NCBI GenBank assembly: GCA_964596875.1
Contig: CAZQVT010000001.1
Span: 42,514-106,513, forward strand
Length of the DNA: 64,000 bases
Reading direction: 5' to 3'
DNA from: an uncultured Candidatus Saccharibacteria bacterium
GTDB taxonomy: Bacteria > Patescibacteriota > Minisyncoccia > Phycocordibacterales > DATDWN01
Below are positions 55,561 through 61,968 of this stretch, in pieces. Numbering within the stretch: the stretch's first letter is position 1; every line of letters begins with the position of its first letter. The position numbers and the translations under genes were made by a program. The notes beneath the pieces were generated by a model that searched no databases, was not told the DNA's origin, and saw nothing but the letters and a program-made list of their open reading frames with translations.

Positions 55561-56820
55561 ATGAAAACAAATAGATTAGTATTTTCTAAAATTTCTGCAG
55601 GGGCTTTGGTTTCAGCAATGGCACTTTCAGCACTTATATATGGTACTGCTTTTGCGGCAACTACGCCTTCAGTAAATGTGTCTATAAACAACGAAAGTAA
55701 TGCAAATGTAACTTCTGTTCCAGTGGGAACTGTGGTTCATTTGAACACATCTGTTTCTTCATCTACTGGTCCGGTGGCTACTGGAACTATAGATTTTAGT
55801 TCATACGCAAACACGACATGTTCTGGTACTGCAACAGTACAAACTGGTGTGGCACTTGTAAACGGTGGTGCAAATTCTGCAACAACAACTGTTGGCTCAA
55901 ATGGGCTTTCATACAAAGCTTCATATGTTGCAACAGGTGATGTGTACTCATCTACAACAAGTTCATGTGTTTCAGTGCAGGCAGTTTCAACTGGTGTAAC
56001 TTTGAACACAACACTTTCTACTACAACAGTAGTTCAAGGAACAAGTGTTTCTCAAAGTTCTGCGCTAAATGGTGCCACAGCAAACGCAACAGGTACTGTT
56101 AGTTATGGTTTTTACACAAACAACTCATGTTCAGCTAACAGAGTTTTAGCAGGTGTAAAAAATGTTTCAAGCGCAGTTGTGCCACAATCTGACTTAGTTC
56201 AGTTCAACACAGTGGGAACTTTTTACTGGCGAGCAGACTATAGTGGAGACCAGTTCAATAATGCAGTAAATGGTCCATGCCAAACATTGTCAGTGCTTTC
56301 AAGTTCAACACCAGTTACTCCAACTCCGGTTGGTCCAGGTTCACTTTCAGGAACTGCATACAATGACCTGAACAAAAACAGAACAAGAGACAATGGGGAA
56401 GCGGGAATTTCAGGATTCACTATAAAACTTTACGGAGGAACATTTTGGTGGAACTGGGGTAAACCAAAAGCAGTTGCTACAACAACTACTGATGCAAATG
56501 GAAATTATTCATTTACAGGTCTGCAAGATGGTTTGTACAGAATAGAAGAAATAAAACTTAATGGTTGGAACCAAATCTCAAGTGACTATAGATGGGTGCT
56601 CCTAATAAATGGAAAAAGTCTAACTGGTCTAGATTTTGCAAATACTGCAAAAGTAAATGCATCTAGTACGGCGACAACTACACCACCTAGAAAAGATGAC
56701 GATCATAAAAACAAGGGACAAGAAAAGAAAGAGGAACAAAGAGAAAAAAAGATAAACAAACTTTTTGAGAAGATAAACAAAATAGAAAACAAGGGAAAGG
56801 GAAATGGTAAGAATCATTAA
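55561..56820 (+). CDS. secreted Thr/Ser-rich protein with Ig-like repeats and SdrD-B/CnaB-type (prealbumin-like) domain; K/E-rich C-terminal tail
   Basis: signal peptide at internal ATG 55561; SGFTIKLYGG...DANGNYSFTGLQDGLYRIEE matches CnaB/SdrD B-type fold motif. Confidence 0.5.
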   Translation: MKTNRLVFSKISAGALVSAMALSALIYGTAFAATTPSVNVSINNESNANVTSVPVGTVVHLNTSVSSSTGPVATGTIDFSSYANTTCSGTATVQTGVALVNGGANSATTTVGSNGLSYKASYVATGDVYSSTTSSCVSVQAVSTGVTLNTTLSTTTVVQGTSVSQSSALNGATANATGTVSYGFYTNNSCSANRVLAGVKNVSSAVVPQSDLVQFNTVGTFYWRADYSGDQFNNAVNGPCQTLSVLSSSTPVTPTPVGPGSLSGTAYNDLNKNRTRDNGEAGISGFTIKLYGGTFWWNWGKPKAVATTTTDANGNYSFTGLQDGLYRIEEIKLNGWNQISSDYRWVLLINGKSLTGLDFANTAKVNASSTATTTPPRKDDDHKNKGQEKKEEQREKKINKLFEKINKIENKGKGNGKNH

Positions 56821-56831
56821 AATCTAAAACA

Positions 56832-56864
56832 AAAACCTCGCAGATATGCGAGGTTTTTGTTTGC
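56832..56864. terminator. bidirectional terminator AAAAACCTCGCAGATATGCGAGGTTTTTG
   Basis: perfect stem CCTCGCA/TGCGAGG with A and T runs. Confidence 0.7.
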
Positions 56865-56936
56865 AAAATTTTGTATAAAGAAAAAGCCGGCGGTCCCCAA
56901 CGAATGGGGACCCCGACTTGTGCGCTTGTTGCCGAC

Positions 56937-57143
56937 CTACTGGCTCGCCTCGACCTTGTACTCGGCCGTCAGGCCACGGACGTAGCCGAGCTGGGCCGAG
57001 ACGGCGTTGAGGCGGGGGACGCTCGGGTCCTTCCACGGCTCGTTGCCGAACATCGGCGGCTCGACGGCCCCCATGGCGACGATCGCGGGATCGACGATGG
57101 CGGGCATTCCGAAGTGCAACTGACGGCTCTGCTGCTTTGACAT
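56937..57143 (-). CDS. hypothetical protein, high-GC island gene (68 aa), divergent from lexA promoter
   Basis: AAGGAGtgacaccgcATG RBS; promoter TTGACA-gatgcagtatagtgtgc-TAAGAT at 57165-57195 (minus); hairpin terminator 56880-56915. Confidence 0.45.
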   Translation of the reverse strand: MSKQQSRQLHFGMPAIVDPAIVAMGAVEPPMFGNEPWKDPSVPRLNAVSAQLGYVRGLTAEYKVEASQ

Positions 57144-57257
57144 GCGGTGTCACTCCTTAACGTACATCTTAGCACACTATACTGCATCTGTCAAGTATAA
57201 AATAAAGAGAAAATTTTATGAAATGAAACTTTTCCACAGTTTTATTTTGCTGTTTAT

Positions 57258-57290
57258 TGACCGGTGAACTATAGTTCACTACAATACAAA
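57258..57290 (+). promoter_or_regulatory. sigma-70 promoter TTGACC-17-TACAAT with embedded LexA (Cheo-type) operator GAACTATAGTTC
   Basis: ttgaccggtGAACTATAGTTCactacaat; perfect GAAC-N4-GTTC palindrome inside the spacer, 250 nt upstream of lexA. Confidence 0.65.
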
Positions 57291-57348
57291 TATAACAAAA
57301 CCAGGGTTTGAAAAATTATAAAAATTATAAAGATAACAAATAAAAAAC

Positions 57349-57540
57349 ATGACACAATTAAATTTGGAAAGATCATTGCGAGCACAACTAGAGACACTAA
57401 ATGATATAATAGACAGGAAAATAGTTAGAGGAGTTTCATACGCACGAGAGGCACGTGAACACAAACAAATTTTAACAAGACTTTCAAATCTAAAAAGAAA
57501 CAGATCTTTGTGGTCATTTAGATCTCTATCACTAGCATAA
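57349..57540 (+). CDS. small ORF (63 aa) between LexA box and lexA; putative SOS-regulated leader/peptide
   Basis: first ORF downstream of the operator-containing promoter; weak RBS; K/R-rich. Confidence 0.3.
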   Translation: MTQLNLERSLRAQLETLNDIIDRKIVRGVSYAREAREHKQILTRLSNLKRNRSLWSFRSLSLA

Positions 57541-57542
57541 AT

Positions 57543-58124
57543 ATGTCTACAGAAAAATATTCATCATATCGCGACAAAATACTTTCTTTCTATCGTACTA
57601 ACAGACGCATGCCTGGGTATAACGAGATCATGCAGATGGTTGGCTTCAAATCCAAGAATGCGGTTTATAAACTCATCAACAAACTAGTTGATGACGAAGT
57701 TTTGGAAAAGGACAGTAACGGAAAACTAACTCCTCTTAAAATTTTTGGAGAAACTCCACTACTTGGTTTGGTAGAGGCTGGTATCCCAACTACAGTAGAC
57801 CAGGACAACACAGAGTCACTAAACCTGGATGAGTATCTTATAGGTCGCAATAAAAATTCTACATATCTTTTAGAAGTAAAAGGCGACTCTATGATAGATG
57901 AAGGTATTCGTGAAGGTGACTTGGTTTTGGTAGAACGCAGAGGCGACCCAAAGGATGGCGACATAGTTATTGCCGAAGTAGATGGTGGTTGGACAATGAA
58001 GTATTTCAAAAAGAAAGGGAATACTGTTTACCTAAAACCTGCAAACAAAAACTATGCGCCCATTTATCCAGCATATGATTTGAAAATTGCGGCAATTGTT
58101 CGCGGAGTAATAAGGAAATATTAA
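57543..58124 (+). CDS. lexA: LexA repressor (S24 peptidase)
   Basis: N-terminal wHTH, C-terminal VKGDSMIDEGIREGDLVLV (Ser nucleophile) and TMKYF (Lys general base); 193 aa. Confidence 0.75.
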   Translation: MSTEKYSSYRDKILSFYRTNRRMPGYNEIMQMVGFKSKNAVYKLINKLVDDEVLEKDSNGKLTPLKIFGETPLLGLVEAGIPTTVDQDNTESLNLDEYLIGRNKNSTYLLEVKGDSMIDEGIREGDLVLVERRGDPKDGDIVIAEVDGGWTMKYFKKKGNTVYLKPANKNYAPIYPAYDLKIAAIVRGVIRKY

Positions 58125-58264
58125 ATCTCTTTTTCCTCATAACTTTTTTGTAAACAGAATAAATTTCTGCTGAAATTTTTCTTCGCGCTCATCTCTACAC
58201 GGGTTCCGCGATGTTCCAAAAAAATTATGACTCAATGAGATTTAATTTGTGTTAAAATTGTTTA

Positions 58265-58882
58265 ATGAAAAAAAAGTTTTTATACATCGGAGGTCTAGTT
58301 CTTTTACTTCTAGCATATTTTTTCTTTTTTAGTGAAAATAAACAAATAAAGAACTATCCATCTTCTGGTACAGATATCGTTGCCTTTGGTGATAGTCTTA
58401 TACAGGGAGTAGGTGCTACTAGTGAAAACACTAACCTTGTTTCGGTTTTATCTAGACGTATAGGTAAACCAATAGTAAACCTTGGAGTTTCTGGAAACAC
58501 TACAGAGGACGGTTTAAAAAGGTCGGGGGAACTAGATAAATACAATCCAAAAGTAGTTATTGTTCTACTCGGTGGTAACGACTATTTGAGAAAAGTTCCA
58601 ATAGACGACACATTTAAAAATCTTGAAAAAATTATAAAAAATATTCAAAGTCGCGGTGCGGTGGTTCTGCTTCTCGGTGTTCGTGGAGGAATAGTGACAG
58701 ATAAGTTTGATGAAAGGTTTGAGGACTTAGCGGAGAAAACTGGTTCGGCTTTTGTTTCAAATGTTTTAGACGGTTTAATAACCAAAGAAGAGTTCATGTC
58801 TGACCCAATACATCCAAACGATACTGGTTATGCAAAAATTGCTATAAGAGTTTACCCTGTGCTGTATAAGTTAGTTAAATAA
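58265..58882 (+). CDS. SGNH/GDSL-family hydrolase (arylesterase/lipase-like)
   Basis: signal/TM then IVAFGDSLIQG (GDSL block I), GGNDY block III, C-terminal DxxH; 205 aa. Confidence 0.7.
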   Translation: MKKKFLYIGGLVLLLLAYFFFFSENKQIKNYPSSGTDIVAFGDSLIQGVGATSENTNLVSVLSRRIGKPIVNLGVSGNTTEDGLKRSGELDKYNPKVVIVLLGGNDYLRKVPIDDTFKNLEKIIKNIQSRGAVVLLLGVRGGIVTDKFDERFEDLAEKTGSAFVSNVLDGLITKEEFMSDPIHPNDTGYAKIAIRVYPVLYKLVK

Positions 58883-59172
58883 TGAAACAGACTTACAAAT
58901 TTAAAGCTAAAGTTTGGCCGTGGGGAGATGTGGGTTCCTGGTGGTTTGTAAATGTTCCAGAAAAAATCTGTAAGGAAATAAGAAGTAAGTATCCAAAAGG
59001 AATGGTCAGAATAAATGTGAGTTTGGGTAAGTCAAAGTATGACAGCGCCTTGTTTCCAAACAAAAACTCTAAGGGAGAGTTTGGTTACCTTTTGTCCATA
59101 AGGAAAAAAGTTAGGCAAAAAGAAGAAATTCTTGAAAATGATACAATTACAGTGTCTTTTGTAATAGTATGA
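58882..59172 (+). CDS. DUF1905-like small protein
   Basis: FKAKVWPWGDVGSWWFVNVP pattern; 96 aa; overlaps neighbours by 1-4 nt (operon). Confidence 0.35.
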   Translation: MKQTYKFKAKVWPWGDVGSWWFVNVPEKICKEIRSKYPKGMVRINVSLGKSKYDSALFPNKNSKGEFGYLLSIRKKVRQKEEILENDTITVSFVIV

Positions 59173-59423
59173 AAATTCAGGTAAAAGTAAAACCAAACAG
59201 TAAGAAAGCGACAGTGGAAAGAGTTAGCCAACCAACTTTGGACTTGGGTTTGAAAAAAGAAATAGATGTATACAAAGTTTCTGTAAAAGAGCCTCCGGTA
59301 GATGGAAAGGCAAACAAGGCTGTGCTAAAAGCCTTGGCAGAATACTTTGAGGTATCGCAGTCGCAAGTAGGTCTGGTTTCCGGTTCTACAAGTAAAAATA
59401 AAATTTTTGAAATACTAAAATGA
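59169..59423 (+). CDS. DUF167/YggU-family protein
   Basis: VKVKPNSKK...VKEPPVDGKANKAVLKALAEYF...VSGSTSKNK matches YggU family pattern. Confidence 0.5.
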   Translation: MKIQVKVKPNSKKATVERVSQPTLDLGLKKEIDVYKVSVKEPPVDGKANKAVLKALAEYFEVSQSQVGLVSGSTSKNKIFEILK

Positions 59424-59923
59424 AAAAAGTAACTGTTAAAAACAAAATGCAGAAGGGCTACACATACGAACTGCAAGAGCCAGTGGGTAAAAACTTTCAC
59501 AAAGATTTTCAACCAGAACTTACTCCAAAACAAATGTTGGAACTTGGAGTTTTTGGTGGTAAATACATGAATGATGTTTCAGAAACAGACGAGTATCCAA
59601 AAGACTGGTGGAAAAATGCAAAACTTTCTTTGAAAAGAGACCCGAAACTAAATTTGTTTGGAGTAAATGCTAGTCAGCCACTTTCTGTATGGAGAAAGAA
59701 AGGTTGGATAAATGAACAAGACCCACGGGGTTGGTTTGAATGGTACTGTAGATATTATATGGGAAGAAGAACCTTGGACGATGCACGACAAATAAAACGA
59801 TGGAAGGCAATAACTCGTCATATAGCGCAGATTGGGAAAAATTGTAGAGTGGGAGACTTTGCATGCCATACAAAACAAAGACAAGCGGTGCTACACTGGG
59901 CATACGACAGTAGAAAGATGTAA
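59420..59923 (+). CDS. hypothetical protein (167 aa, Trp-rich)
   Basis: ORF in operon-like array; no recognizable motif. Confidence 0.35.
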   Translation: MKKVTVKNKMQKGYTYELQEPVGKNFHKDFQPELTPKQMLELGVFGGKYMNDVSETDEYPKDWWKNAKLSLKRDPKLNLFGVNASQPLSVWRKKGWINEQDPRGWFEWYCRYYMGRRTLDDARQIKRWKAITRHIAQIGKNCRVGDFACHTKQRQAVLHWAYDSRKM

Positions 59924-59924
59924 T

Positions 59925-60194
59925 ATGAAAAAAGAAATTAAAACATTTACTGAAAAAGTTAAGGACGTGGTAAGAAAAATACCCCGTGGAAAAACTATGA
60001 CTTATGCAGAAGTGGCCAAAAAAGCAGGTAGTCCTGGAGCATCCCGTGCTGTGGGAAGTATTATGAAAGCGAACTTCGACCCAAAGATTCCGTGTCACAG
60101 AGTCATCCGTTCGGATGGAAAAGTTGGGGAGTACAACAGAGGTGGAAGCTCAAAAAAACTCGCTCTACTCAAAAAGGAAGGTTGGAAACAGTAG
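59925..60194 (+). CDS. ogt: methylated-DNA-protein-cysteine methyltransferase, short DNA-binding/active-site domain only (Ogt/MGMT C-terminal domain)
   Basis: IPCHRVI (PCHR active site) and preceding helix-turn-helix; 89 aa from internal ATG. Confidence 0.6.
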   Translation: MKKEIKTFTEKVKDVVRKIPRGKTMTYAEVAKKAGSPGASRAVGSIMKANFDPKIPCHRVIRSDGKVGEYNRGGSSKKLALLKKEGWKQ

Positions 60195-60206
60195 GAACTA
60201 TTTCCA

Positions 60207-60274
60207 AAAGCTTTTCAGATATTTTATGAGTCTGGCGAAGTAAAATATCGAAAAGGTGTACTGCTCCTGTAAGG
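60207..60274 (+). repeat. repeat family R3 copy d: TTTTCAGATATTTTATGAG...CGAAGTAAAATATCG-AAAAGGTGTACTGCTCCTGTAAGG
   Basis: ~90% identical over ~70 nt to 33467..33526. Confidence 0.6.
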
Positions 60275-60349
60275 AGGGGGCTATGAGCTACTTTTATTAA
60301 ATAATAGGCGATAGTATAATAAAGTACATTATAAATAGTCTTAAAAAAT

Positions 60350-60898
60350 ATGAGTAATAAAGTTATTGCAGTTGTGGTGGGAGTGGTTGTAGTTCTGGGC
60401 GGAGCATATTATGCAATGAGAGGAACTTCTACAGAAGTTCCAAATACAAACTCTATTGCAGTGGGTGAACCAAATCCTAGTACACCAAGTGAAAATACTT
60501 CAGGAAAGAAAATGTCATTTGATGCATTTCTAAAACAAGGAGGTTCATATGTCTGTACAGTTAACCAGTCTGTAGAGGGAATCGACAGTAAAGGTACAGT
60601 ATACGTAAATGCTGGAAATGTTCGTGGAGATTTTTCTACGACAGTTTCAGGTATGAATATTTCTACAATGTTTTTGGTGAAGGATGGTTTTTCTTACACT
60701 TGGTCAAACATGATGCAGGGCAAGGGTTACAAAGTACCAGTAAATGCATCTGGTAGTGGAAATACTTCCGCTGGAACATCTGGTCAGTATAGTTGGAATG
60801 CAGAACAAATAGGTGATTATGATTGCAAGCCTTGGAGCGCGGACGCATCAAAGTTTGCAATGCCTAGTAGTGTAGTTTTTACTGAGGTTAAAAATTAA
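60350..60898 (+). CDS. secreted hypothetical protein (N-terminal TM anchor)
   Basis: 182-aa ORF with signal-anchor and Ser/Thr/Gly-rich mature part. Confidence 0.4.
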   Translation: MSNKVIAVVVGVVVVLGGAYYAMRGTSTEVPNTNSIAVGEPNPSTPSENTSGKKMSFDAFLKQGGSYVCTVNQSVEGIDSKGTVYVNAGNVRGDFSTTVSGMNISTMFLVKDGFSYTWSNMMQGKGYKVPVNASGSGNTSAGTSGQYSWNAEQIGDYDCKPWSADASKFAMPSSVVFTEVKN

Positions 60899-60915
60899 AA
60901 AATTAATTTAAAAAA

Positions 60916-61314
60916 ATGATAACAATTCTTATCGCAGCGGTAGCAGCATTTGTTTTCGGAGCATTTTGGTTCACAGTGCTTTTTGGTAAGGAGTGGGCAA
61001 GACTTAACGACTTTAATCCTGCTAGTGACGAAAGAGCAAAACAACTAGGCATGGCAAAGCCTTTGTTTGCAAACTTTCTTTCAAATGTGCTAGTGGCTAC
61101 AGTTTTCTACTACATGATAGACCAGATGTTGGTTTACTCATATGCAGGACTACTACGAGTAGTGTTTATTGTGTGGCTTGGCTTTAGTTTTCCAATATTT
61201 GCCAATGCAGCAATATGGGAAAGAAAGAGCTGGAAACTGGTTGCAATTAACTCTGCGCAAAACCTATTGGCGCTGGCTATTATTTCTGGAATCATTTTCA
61301 AAATGCATTACTAG
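60916..61314 (+). CDS. hypothetical membrane protein (4 TM)
   Basis: 132-aa hydrophobic ORF. Confidence 0.4.
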   Translation: MITILIAAVAAFVFGAFWFTVLFGKEWARLNDFNPASDERAKQLGMAKPLFANFLSNVLVATVFYYMIDQMLVYSYAGLLRVVFIVWLGFSFPIFANAAIWERKSWKLVAINSAQNLLALAIISGIIFKMHY

Positions 61315-61393
61315 GTCCCAGACTATATACTATATATAAGCAGAGCCGCCCCGAAGTCCTTGCTAGGACCTCGGGGCGTGTTCGTTGGGGGAC

Positions 61394-61588
61394 TCAGATC
61401 CTCCCCATCAGGATATCGCGTTGAATGAAGGCGTGCCGCACAGCGGTATTCAGGTTCCTTCCGAAACCGATGACAACTCGGTCCATCTTGTCGGTGAACC
61501 TGAAGTACCACCGCATGTTAGGTCCCTGGGGAGAGTTTCCCAGGTACCCGTAGTCACTCTTGGCTATCACTTCTTTGTTTACAACCAC
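61394..61588 (-). CDS. hypothetical protein, high-GC island gene (64 aa; GTG start)
   Basis: CTGGAGGGAGGtgagGTG RBS; GC-rich versus flanks; promoter-like TTGACT-17-TAGTCT at 61600-61640 (minus). Confidence 0.35.
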   Translation of the reverse strand: MVVNKEVIAKSDYGYLGNSPQGPNMRWYFRFTDKMDRVVIGFGRNLNTAVRHAFIQRDILMGRI

Positions 61589-61968
61589 CTCACCTCCCTC
61601 CAGCGCTCTGTAAAAAAGACTACCTATTTAAGGGCGGGGAGTCAAACCCGACTTTTTGGCCAGAAGTCAAACACAGTGTTAATAGTATGTGGATAAGTTT
61701 GTTGACTTTTGTTGACAAAAGTTAACCCTTGACATATACTCTTAGTTGCTTCACATGATTGAGTTTTGGCAGGGGCAAGATAGAATCTAGGGTTTATTCG
61801 GGGTTTAATAGTTCTATACTATTTTGCAGTTCAATCGCTAACAGTTTAAGAGTTTCAAAATAGCCATCCAATGCGGGGATGGTTCGTTTTGTTTGTCTTA
61901 AACTGAGGGTGACTGAAAGCACCTCGAGGTTTTCTTTTATTAATAGTAGGTGGGGTAAATATTATTTT

